64,000 nucleotides of DNA from Heterodontus francisci (taxonomy: Eukaryota): assembly GCF_036365525.1 (NCBI RefSeq), contig NC_090410.1:5208001-5272000 (forward strand), read 5' to 3'. Made by a program: the position numbers and the translations under genes. Below the pieces are notes generated by a model that was given only the letters and a program-made list of their open reading frames with translations, made no database searches and was not told the DNA's origin. Numbering within the stretch: position 1 is the first letter of the stretch; the number at the start of each line of letters is the position of its first letter. This document shows positions 12,521-23,628 of the stretch, one piece after another.

Positions 12521-13507
12521 ATGTCTCTGCTTTCAGCAATATTTTCATGACTAATAAGTGAAAGTGTTATGATTTTTTTTTGAAACAGCCCAATGATTTT
12601 CCTCCAGGAATGCTCATTGCAGTCCCTTGGAAAGTAACCATCAATTCCTGGAGACTCCAGGTCAATCCTGGAGGCTTGGCAACCCTAATGTGCAAGGGAG
12701 TTTGTATCAGCAGCTTAGCTTTGAAGGACATCTTCACAGTGCAGCCATTGATCAGAAAGGCAGCAGCCACTATCAATTTATTGATGATAAAAGCCAGGGT
12801 GAGAGAGAGAAAAAAAATCAATGGTCATAGAAAAACAGAGTCTCCAAAGCTTGAATCAGTGGGTGCAACTGGAACCAACTGGTATTAATGAATTTCTACA
12901 TCTAAAATCAGCTCTAACCAGGACAAAGACAATTCATCTCAACATTTGCGAAGAACAATGGTTATTATGGGAGCAATGGTACGATAAGTATGGTACCCAA
13001 AATTCCCAGTTTGCTCCAGTAAAATACCTGCGTGGATGTCAGATGTGACGGATTGGGGTCAGGTCTCATTAGGCTCAGTACCAGCGGGCCTGGGTGAAGA
13101 AATTCAGCCACTAGGCAGCGATTCCTGCTAGAGGCGCACATGTGCATCAGTGTGGAATATTCCCTAATGCATCAACTCAACTTACACCCACCTCCAGTGT
13201 CAGACTTGCAACTATCAATGTTTCACTCCAAATCTATGGAGCTCAAAATTCTCTCTCCAGAACATTGCTTTTTACAGTTTGAGCGAGCACAATGTAAAAA
13301 TTTTACTCATTCAACATTAACTCTTATCAACTCATAACTCTACAGATCAAAGAGTTGGTTGATTTGCCTTGCCCAAACTGACAATCCATTTATTACAGCG
13401 AATATAAAGTTATAATTTAAAAGGAATTAGATCTGGCAGCAGCTCCCCAGCTATTCATTGATTAGTCTCACCTCCCCAGTGCATAGTCCCTTAAGGCTTG
13501 GTCTTAC

Positions 13508-13753
13508 CTGTGGCCTCATCCATCCTGTGATGGCAATGTTTAACTGTGAAGCCCCTCTTGGGCCATGGATAGAGGAGTTAGTGGCAGGGAACTGCAGGTC
13601 TTCAAACAGGGCGGGTGGCCCAGGGACCGACTTGTTCACCCCTGCTGCAGCGGTTCCGGGACTGGGGTAGAGGACGGCGTTTCTCCGTAGCACCCAACTG
13701 CTGTTGTAGAAGCCGGGATTGTGAACCCCTCCGCTCCAAGGAATCGGGTACAT
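13508..13753 (-). CDS. Calpain exon 1 (probable start codon)
   Basis: gcaccATG Kozak context, CAG|gtaaga donor; ...LFEDLQFPATNSSI...WMRPQ is the typical calpain PC1 entry. The exact start is less certain. Confidence 0.85.
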
Positions 13754-16700
13754 GGTGCAAACAAAAATCCCCGGAGCGGGGCAGAGGGAAGGTGGTGGAG
13801 TGGACTGGGGTGGGGTGGGGTGCGGGCGGGGAACACTCCAAGTTGATCTACAATTCCGCCAGTGGCTTATCAGCTGCTCTTGGCCAGTTTGTTATACAGG
13901 AACAGCATGAAATCGAGTCCGAGATACAGCAACACACATCCTGGTAAAGGCGGAGCAATTTTAGTCCAAGAAAATGATTGGTGCTGGGCAAAGACCAATT
14001 TATGCTGGGAATCAATTGGCGAAGTACCACGCCAATAATTGCGATCTATCAAGTAGGCGGGCTGCATGACTCAGATCATACAGTCTTAGAATGATGCAGC
14101 ACAGGAGGAGGCCATTCAGTCCATCGTGCCTATACTGAGGCTTGGAAAGAGCTAACCAATTAAACCGACTTCACATCCCTCCCCCAGCACTTCCACCATC
14201 TCCCTGGACATTTTTCCTTTTCGAGTATTTATCCAATTCTTCTTTTGAAATTTACTATAAAATCTGCTTCCACCTTTCAGGCAATTCATTGCAATATTAA
14301 CAACTTGCTCTCCTCCCTCATGCCACCTCTTGTTCTTTTGCCAGTTATCTTAAATCTGTGTCCAACCTTCATATATCGACATGGCCACCGGCCTGAATCC
14401 ACTATTAGAACGGGTTTTGAGGAGGTGGCTCTCCAGACTGATTGTATTGAGTTCTGTTTTCCAACTTTGGTAAAAAATTATTTTCTGTTCAGGTTTCTGA
14501 TATTATTCCCCTCCCTTCGAATTCTTTGTCATGGGAACATGGCAATTCAAGCCCCACAAGCCTGTTGTGATTCAATGAGATCCTGGCTGATCTACAACCT
14601 AACCCCATATCTCCCCTTTGCCCCATATTCCTTAGTACCTTTGGTGAACAAAAATCTATCAATCTCAGATTTAAAATTAACAATTGATCCAGCATCGATT
14701 ACCATTTGTAGAAGAGCTCCAAACTTCTATCACCCTTTGTGTGTAGAATTGTTTCTTAATTTCACTCTAAAAGGTCTGCCTCTAATTTTAGACTATGCTC
14801 CCTGGTCCTAGACTCACCAACCGGAAATAGTTTCTATCGACACTACCTGTTCCCCTAATATCTTGAAAACCAATCAAATCATCCCTCAATCTTCTAAATT
14901 CCATTGTGAAATCACGGTTTGTGTAATATTGTCCTTTAGATGATTGTTCTTGTTTGGCAGGTTTCATTAGTGTCAATCACTTCGATGAGCAAATTGGCTG
15001 CTGCGTTTGTAAATGTAACAGTGACTACCCATAGAGTCATTACAGCATAGGAGGCCACTCAACCTATCTCATTGACTAGGAAGCTAACTCATTCCAACAC
15101 CTCATTGACAGGCAGACTCAATATTCACCACTTTCTCAGTTTTTTTCCATATTTGCTCTGCAGGGCTTGTGGGACATCCTGAGGATGTGAAAGTTGCTAC
15201 ATAAATGTAATTTCTCTGGTCTCTCATATAAAATCATTGTGAGCCGAGACAAAAGCGGGAAGATATTTCTGCTATTAGGCATTAGGGCTATGCCCACACT
15301 CTCACAATGTTTTCACCCACACACCTTGCAGCAGAAGGACACAGAACTCTGTTTAATTTGTCTCCTCCAATGCAGAGTTGTGGCGACACCTGCAACTGTT
15401 GCTGGTGTTTCCATGCTCCTGAAACACGATATCCCATCCGAAACAAGTTGTTCTTTCTCCATAGCTCAAAGCAGATTCCTCATACATCAGAATATTTTCT
15501 ACTCACTCTCAATTACATTAAATCCCTCATTCACACAGACAATTCTACCAAAATCTGTCATCTCTCTTAGAAGCACTGATGGTCTTTCCCTGTATTTCCT
15601 ATTTCAATTTCCAACCTCTGTGCTTTTTTTTCCTTCCATCTACATTTTTGGGCTACCTCATTCTGATTGGAGTTTTCCATGCACCGGGGCCAATTGTGTT
15701 TCAGTGCTCAATCGGCTTTATTAATTTATGCCAACACAGCTCCATCACCATCTATCACATACTGAACATTCTGTTGTAGCAAGTCTGATTTACAGGAGCA
15801 GACACACAGTGCACCTTTTATAACAATAATTAAGGATCACATGGCACTATCTGAAGAGCTCCTTCAGTGTATAGTCCATCTGGCAGATGAATAAAGATCC
15901 TTGAGCTCCAAAGGTCTGGAAATCCTGGTTTTGGGCTCTGACTTAGGGCGTACTGTACATAAGTTGCCTTTCATTGCTGCTTGCCACTAATTTTGAGGTT
16001 TTCCCTTGACTTCTACCCCCTTTTATCGTAGATGGAGAGGTGGACTGTTACCAGTTTGTCAGCCACTGCTGCTTGGGAGATGAGGAGACAGTCTAATTTC
16101 AATAAGTTCTGACCAATGTGATATGCCACCTTTCTGAACACTTTTGTATAACTGTAGGAACAAGAATTATAAATGAATGAGCTCCTGAGTGCTTTAGTGA
16201 GTCAGCCTCTAGGTACTTTCCAATGAACTCTGCTGAGGAAGCATTCAGAGACAACACAGGCTATTGTTGCAATTGTCCCCTGTTAGATATCCCTCCAACA
16301 TTCACCAACCAGATACACAGGAAGAATGTGCTACCCATTTACTGCAATCAGAACACGCAGAAGGGAATGAGGGGAAATAACTTTATTTCAGTGATGTTGA
16401 AACTATGGTCTGCAATCTGTGTTCCACAAACCAAAGGGAGTTCAGTTTGAGTTTGTCTTTCTTACTCGTTTCTCCTATTTGAATTTTGAATGCACGGAGG
16501 CTTGGAAAGGGCTGGTGTTCACACTATTGTCTCATTGATGGATGATTCATAAATCAGAATAACAAAGCTGGTTCTTAGTAGCAGCTTGAGAGAGATGCAA
16601 ATTATTGGGAATATGGTTTTAACTAGTTATGTGAATGGCTCCATGTGTAGCACATTCACCTCAAAGACAGAAGCTCATGGGTTCAAGCCCCATTCCAGAG

Positions 16701-16817
16701 ACTTGAGCTTATAATCTAGGCTGACATTCCAGTGCTGCACTGTTGGAGATACTGCTTTTCTATCAAATATTAAACAAAGGTCCTATCTGCCCTATCAAGT
16801 GGATGTAAAAGATCCTG

Positions 16818-17870
16818 TAGAACCAGGAAGCATTGTGAACATTGAGGAGGATAATGTAGAACTTCAAAAGGACATAGACAAGCTGGTGGAATGGGTGGAC
16901 AAGTGGCAGATAAAGTTCAATGTAGAGAAATGCGAAGTGATTCATTTTGGTAGGTAGCACATAGAGAGACAATATCAAATAGAGTACAATTCTAAAGGGG
17001 GTGCAGGAACAGAGGGACCTGCGTGTATATGTGCTTAAGTCATTGAAGGTGGCAGGACAGATTGAGAGAGTGGTTAATAAAGCATAAAGTATCCTAGGTT
17101 TTATTAATAGTGGTATAGAGTACAAGAATAAGGAAGTTATGTTGAACTCATATAAGACATTAGCTGGCATATTCCGTCCAGTTCTGGGCACCGCACTTCA
17201 GGAAAATTGTGAAGGCATTGGACAGAGTACAGAAAAGATTCACGAGAATAGTTCCAGGGATGGGGTGGCACAGTGACGCAGTGGTTAGCACCGCAGCCTC
17301 ACAGCTCCAGGGACCCGGGTTCAATTCTAGGTACTGCCTGTGCGGAGTTTGCAAGTTCTCCCTGTGACTGCGTGGGTTTTCGCCGGATGCTCCAGTTTCC
17401 TCCCACCGCCAAAGACTTGCAGGTGATAGGTAAATTGGCCATTGTAAATTGCCCCTAGTGTAGGTAGGTGGTAGGGAATATGGGATTACTGTAGGGTTAG
17501 TATAAATGGGTGGTTCTGGTCGGCCTGTTTCAGTGCTGTATCTCTAAATAAAATAAATGATACTTCAGTTATAAAGATAGATTGGAGAAATTGGATCTGT
17601 TTTCCTTGAAGAGAAGGCGGAGAGGAGATTTGATAGAGGTATGCAAAATCATGAGGGGTCTGGACAGAGTGGATAGGGAGAAACTATTCCCACTTGTGAA
17701 AGAGGCACAGATTTAAAGTAATTGGCAAAAGAAGCAAAAGCATATGGTTAAGGTTTGGAATGCATTGCCTGAGTGTGGTGGAAGCAGGTTCAATCGAGGC
17801 ATTTAAAAGGGAATTAGATGGTTATCTGAAAAAGAAGAACGTGCAGTGTTACAGGGAGAAGGAAAGGGCA
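16818..17870 (+). mobile_element. 5'-truncated decayed CR1 LINE, interrupted by a SINE
   Basis: RT C-terminal remnants (WQIKFNVEKCEVIHFG, VQKRFTRIVPG) similar to other CR1 copies in the window. Confidence 0.85.
17263..17557 (+). mobile_element. tRNA-derived V-SINE (HE1-like)
   Basis: A/B boxes (CAGTGGTTAG, GGTTCAATTCT), V-domain GGAGTTTGCAAGTTCTCCCTGTG, CR1-like tail with TAAA repeats. Confidence 0.85.
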
Positions 17871-18301
17871 AGTAAACGTCAGTGACTCATACGACTGCAT
17901 TTCAGCAACACTTGCATTTATACAGTGCTTTTAACATAGTAAGACATCCCAAGGTGCTTCATAGCAGCAGAATCAGACACTGAGCCGTGTAATGAGATAT
18001 TAGGACAGGTGACAAAAAGCTTGGCCAAAGAGGTAGGTTTTAAGGAACTTCACAAAAAAGGAGAGAGGGGCTTAGGGAGGGGAAACCAGAGCTTAGGGCC
18101 TAGGCAGCTGAAGGCACAGCCGTCAATGTTGGAGTGACTAAAACAAACAATACACAAGGAGTGCTTCAAAGAACATTTCAGGACATGAGAAAAAGTCAGC
18201 CATTTCAGTCAAGTGAAAGGAAGGTGTCTGCTCCTGTGCTCCAAATTGCTTCTTTGCTCATCAAATGAATATGAGCATCCAATGCAAGTAATTTCAATAA
18301 T

Positions 18302-18307
18302 TTTATT
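18302..18307 (-). promoter_or_regulatory. EIF3K polyadenylation signal AATAAA
   Basis: AATAAA on the minus strand about 70 nt after the stop codon. Confidence 0.6.
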
Positions 18308-18378
18308 GACAAGAATTATGGGAAGAGCATTTTGGTCAGAAAACAAAATAATGGCTGGGAGTTTGTAATAGCGGAAGC

Positions 18379-18410
18379 TCACTGGGATGATGCCATGATG
18401 CTAGCCACAC
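18379..18410 (-). CDS. EIF3K: EIF3K exon 8 (stop)
   Basis: atttccag acceptor; (S)VASIMASSQ-TGA. Confidence 0.96.
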
Positions 18411-19026
18411 CTGGAAATGAAAAAAAAACACATCAGCGCCACATTCTCAATTTGAATTTGAAAATGCACACTTTATAAGAATATCGCCGTTCTTTACTCA
18501 AATTTAACTGTGCATTTCTAAAAAGAAAACTCCACAGTATGACATCCAGGACTGTCAGAAATATTCCACAAATCTGTTTGATCAGCACAGTAATTATTAG
18601 TGATCTTAGCCAGACCAGTATAGTGCCTTTAACATAACAAAACATCCAAAGGCACCTCACGGGACAGTTATCAGATAAAAACTGACTAGTTGCATTGTTC
18701 CTGGGCTGGAGCGGGGAAATCGGTCCTGTTTCCTGCTCCCAGTTGTAATTAAGTGACCACTCCCATCTCTCAACTCAGTGAGAACCCGGGTACGTGACTA
18801 TCAGCTGAGGATATGATCAGTTTGAGCTGTGTGATGCTTCCCACGACCCAATAGGCTGCTGGTGCTCACATCTGTGCAACAGGCAGACGGAGGAGGTGTC
18901 AGTAGGACCCTAGTGAGTCACCGCCACCAGAATAGGGAGTCAGATCTCTTATTAACACAAGAAACACAGTCACAGTCTAACCGTGCCATCCCAAGGGTGA
19001 GGAACTCGTCGATATGTAAAACTCAC

Positions 19027-19152
19027 TGTCAAAATCTATCTTTTCCACAATGTTTTTCGGTTTGATACTTTCTTCTTGGTTGCAGATGAAGATTTTTTCT
19101 GGTTCAGACTCAGTCCAGCCGTATTTACTCATCCAAACTTGCAACTGCATAT
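19027..19152 (-). CDS. EIF3K: EIF3K exon 7
   Basis: gttccag acceptor, A|gtgagt donor; MQLQVWMSKYGW...QEESIKPKNIVEKIDFD. Confidence 0.97.
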
Positions 19153-20621
19153 CTGGAACATAAATGCTTTCACACATTAGTGAGACATTAGCAGATCATT
19201 TATCTTTCAAAAATAAAACAAGCCCTGAAGACAGAGTCTATTCATCCAATCTCAGGGATTGTGACCAGGTGTAGAATGACAAAGCGCCACCAATGAGTTG
19301 TGGGTTCACAGTCTAGATCCGCCTCTGGATCCCACCATGACCTTATATGGCGGGGCTGAATGAAGGTCAGATACTGTTACCGGGAAGAGGGAGATCCACT
19401 TCTGAGCATTCCCCTATGTGTCTACTGACTAGTTTCAGAATAGCACTATAAGCATTTCCAATCCTGATTGCGATGCAGAGTGTGAAGAATATTGTGTTCA
19501 GCATCAAGATCCCAACCTCACCACATAATGGAATACTTAAGAAAAAATTATTTTCAGGATGTGGCATCGCTTCAGCAGTTATTTTGCATCCCCTCGCCAC
19601 CCGGAGAAAGTTTAATACTACTGAATGACTTCTAACGGTGGTTAAGGGTCAACCATTGGTGTGGGACTGGAGTCACGTTTAGACCAGACTGGGTAAGGAT
19701 GGCAGGTTTCCTTCCCTAAAGGACATTAGTGAATCAGTTAGGGTTTTGTCGACAATCTGACAGCTTTATGGTCACTCTTACTGAAAACATCTTTTCAAAA
19801 CTGAATTTAAATTCTCATACTGCCCTAGTGGGATAGAATTTTCCATTAAGTTTGACAAAGATGTAGTTCAATCGAAACGAGGTTCTTAAATCTAAACAAG
19901 GGCAATTATGAAGGTATGAGGAGCAAGATGGCTGTGTTGGATTGGAAAGATACATTAAAAGGTTTGATGGTAAATAGGCAATGGCTAGTATTTAAAATAT
20001 TAATGCATGGTTTTCAAAAAACATCCATTCCTTTAATGCAAAAGAACCCAATAGGAAAAGCGAGTCATCCGTGCCTAACAAAGGAAGTTAAAGATAGTAT
20101 TAGATCAAAGGGGGAGGCTTATAAAGTTACCAAAAAAAAAGGTTGTAAGCCGGAGGATTGGGAGAATTTTAAAATCCAGCAAAGGAGGACCAAGAAATTG
20201 ATAAAGAAAGAGAGAATAGAATATGAATGCAAACTAGCAAGAAATATAAATACGGATTGGAAAAGCTTCTATAGGTATGTAAAAAGGAAAAACATTTAGC
20301 AAAAAGACAAATGTGGGTCCATTACAGACAGAGATAGGAGAATTTATAATGGGAAATAGAGAAATGACAGTGAAGCTAAATAATTACTTTGTGTTTGTCT
20401 TCATGGAGGAAGATATAGGAAGTCTCCCTGAAATAATTGAGATCCAAGGGTCTAGCGAGAATGAGGAACTGAAAGAAATGAGGATTAGTAAAAAACTGGT
20501 TTTGGAGAAATTAATGGGACTGGAAGTTGACAAATGCCTGGGACCCGATAATCTTCACCCTAGAGTGTTGGAAGAGATAGCTGCAGAGATAGTGGATTGG
20601 TGATCATCTTTCAAAATTCTA

Positions 20622-23600
20622 GTGTAAAATTAGTGCAAAAGGCTTAAAGGGGGCAGAATTCTTAAAATGCATACAGCAGAGCTTTTTGAGCCAGTATGTA
20701 GAAAGTCCTACAAGGAAAGGGGCAGTACTGGACCTAATCCTAGGGAATGAAGCCGGACAAGTGGTAGAAGTCTCAGTGGGGAAGCATTTCGGGGATAGTG
20801 ACCATAACTCTAAGATTTAAGGTAGTTATGGAAAAGGACAAAGATGGACCAGAAATGAAGGTAGTGAATTGGGGGAAGGCCGATTTCAATATGATAAAAC
20901 GGGATCTGGCCAAAGTGGATTGGGAGCAGCTACTTGTAGGAAAGTCTACATCAGACCAGTGGGAGTCATTCAAAGAAGAAATAGTGAGAGTTCAGGGCCA
21001 ACATGTACCCGTTAAGGTGAAGGGTAGGACCATCAAGTCCAGGGAACCCTGGATATCAAGGGATATAGAGGATTGGATCAGGAAAAAAAAAGGAGGCTTA
21101 TGGCCGATTCAGAGCGCTGAAAACAGCGGAGGCACTAGAGGAGTATAGAAAGTATAGGGGGTACTTCAAAAAGTAATTAGGAGAACAAAGAGGGGACATG
21201 AAAAAACACCGGCAGGCAAGATAAAGGAAAATCCTAAAGCGTTTTATAAGTATATTAAGGGCAAGAGGATAACTAGGGAAAGGGTAGGGCCCATTCGGGA
21301 CCAAAGTGGCAATCTGTGTGCAGAGCTGGAGGACATAGGTGAGGTTTTAAATTATTTTTCATCTGTATTCATTATGGAGAAGAATGATGTAGATGTAGAG
21401 ATCAGTGAGGGGGATTATGATATACTTGAACATATTAGCATTGAAAGGGAGGAAGTATTAGCTGTTTTAGCGGGCTTAAAAGTGGATATGCTGGGGATGT
21501 TGGCCGCCTTGAGGACTTCTGCATTGGAGATACGGTGCTGCCACCAGAAGTCCTCGAGGCAGCCAACACCCCCAGCATATACACCCTACTGAGCCAGCGA
21601 CGCTTGAGATAGCTTGGCCATGTGAGCCGCATGGAAGATGGCAGGATCCCCAAGGATGCATTGTACAGCGAACTCATCACTGGCATCAGATCCACCAGCC
21701 GTCCAAGTCTCCGCTTTAAAGACGTCTGCAAATGCAACATGAAGTCCTGTAACATTGAAAACAAGTCGTGGGAGTCAGTTGCCAGTGATCGCCAGAGCTG
21801 GTGGACAGCCATAAAGGCGGGGCTAAAGAGTGGCAACTTGAAGAGACTTAGCAGTTGGCAGGAAAAAAGACAGAAGTGCAAGGAGAGAGAGCCAACTGTG
21901 TAACAGCTCCAACAACCAATTTTATCTGCAGCACCTGTGGAAGAGTCTGTCACTCTAGAATTGGCCTTTATAGCCACTCCAGGCGCTGCTCCACAAACCA
22001 CTGACCACCTCTAGGCGCTTACCCATTGTCTCTCGAGACAAGGAGGCCAAAGAAGAAAAGTGGATAAATCCCCAGGCCCAGATGAGATGTATCCCAGGCT
22101 GTTATGTGAGGCAAGGGAGGAGATTGCAGGGGCTCTGACACAAATTTTCAAATCCTGTCTGGCCACAGGAGAGGTACCAGAGGATTGGAGGACAGCGAAT
22201 GTGGTACCATTATTCAAGAAGGGTAGCAGGGATAAACCAGGTAATTACAGGCCGGTGAGTCTAACATCAGTGGTAGGGAAACTATTGGAAAAAATTCTGA
22301 GGGACAGGATTAATCTCCACTTGGAGAGGCAGGGATTAATCAGGGATAGTCAGCATGACTTTGTCAAGGGGAGATCATGTCTAACTAACTTGATTGAATT
22401 TTTCGAGGCAGTGACTAGATGTGTCGATGAGGGTAAAGCAGTTGATGTAGTCTACATGGACTTCGGTAAGACTTTTGATAAGGTCCCGTATGGGAGAGTG
22501 GTTAAGAAGGTAAGCGCCCATGGGATCCAGGGCAATTTGACAAATTGGATCCAAAATTGGCTAATGGCAGGAGGCAGAGGGTGATGGTCGAGGGTTGTTT
22601 TTGCCAGTGGAAGCCTGTGACCAGTGGTGTACCGCAGGGATTGGTGCTGGGACCCTTGTTGTTTGTAGTGTACATTAATGATTTTAATGTGAATATAGGA
22701 GGTATGATCAGTAAGTTCGCAGATGACACGAAAATTGGTGTCGTAAATAGTGAGGAGGAAAGCCTTAGATTACAGGACGATATAGATGGGCTGGTAAGAT
22801 GGGTGGAGCAGTGGCAAATGGAATTTAATCCTGAGAAGTGTGAGGTGATGCATTTTGGAAGGACTAACAAGGCAAGGGAATATACAATGGATGGTAGGAC
22901 CCTAGGAAGTACAGAGGGTCAGAAGGACCTTGGTGTCTTGTCCATAGATCACTGAAGGCAGCAACACAGGTAGGATAAGGTGGTTAGGAAGGCATATGGG
23001 ATACTTGCCTTTATTAGCTGAGGCACAGAATATAAGAGCAGGGAGGTTTTGATGGAGCTGTATAAAATGCTAGTTAGGCCACAGCTGGAGTACTGTGTAC
23101 AGTTCTGGTCACCACATTATAGGATGGATGTGATTGCCCTGGAGAGGATGCAGAGGAGATTCACCAGGATGTTGCCTGGGCTGGAGCATTTCAGCTATGA
23201 AGAGAGACTGAAAAGGCTAGGGTTGTTTTCCTTAGAGCAGAAAAGGCTGAGGGGGGACATGATTGAGGCATACAAAATTATGAGGGGTAATGATAGGTTA
23301 GATAGGAAGAAACTTTTTCCCTTAGCGGAGGGGTCAATAACCAGGGGGCATAGATTTATGGTAAGGGGCAGGTGGTTTAGAGGGGATTTTAGGAAAAGTT
23401 TTTTCAGAGGGTGGTTGGAATCTGGAACACACTGCCTGAAGAGGTGGTAGAGGCAGGAACCCTCACAACATTTAAGAAGTATTTAGATGAGCACTTGAAA
23501 TGCCATAGCATACAAGGCTCTGGGCCAAGTGCTGGGAAATGGGATTAGACTAGTTAGGTGCTTGATGGCTGGCACAGACACAATGGGCCAAATGGCCTGT

Positions 23601-23628
23601 TTCTGTGCTGTATAACTCTATGACTCTA
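20622..23628 (+). mobile_element. Inner CR1 LINE of a different subfamily (APE C-terminus to 3' tail)
   Basis: ORF pieces 20798, 22060, 22545 (FADDTK) and 23049; ends in a TATAACTCTATGACTCTA tail. Confidence 0.9.
21489..22055 (+). mobile_element. 5'-truncated RTE-clade LINE with inverted 5' segment, 11-bp TSD
   Basis: RMEDGRIPKDALYSEL remnant, same family as 36378-38512; TSD AAAAGTGGATA at 21478-21488 and 22056-22066. Confidence 0.92.

Larger units (their letters stand above)
12137..12687. mobile_element. MITE / non-autonomous DNA transposon (TIR about TAGGGTTGCCAA) carrying a Penelope-derived inverted insert
   Basis: Ends TAGGGCTGCCAGC and GCTTGGCAACCCTA; a related copy in the opposite orientation lies at 58292-58677. 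Confidence 0.7.
432..13753 (-). other. Calpain large-subunit gene (classical type, CAPN12-like by position), 3' part outside window
   Basis: 11 GT-AG exons join in frame. They encode CysPc motifs (QGSLADCW, HAYS, RNPWG, EDGEFW) and a CBSW/C2-like domain. Exon sizes 70/119/134/169/86/209 match the classical calpain layout. Confidence 0.95.

Noticed and set aside
14245-15779. ORFs of 176-188 aa between calpain and EIF3K
   Set aside because: Partly antisense CR1 3' remnants, with no recognisable domain or splice structure
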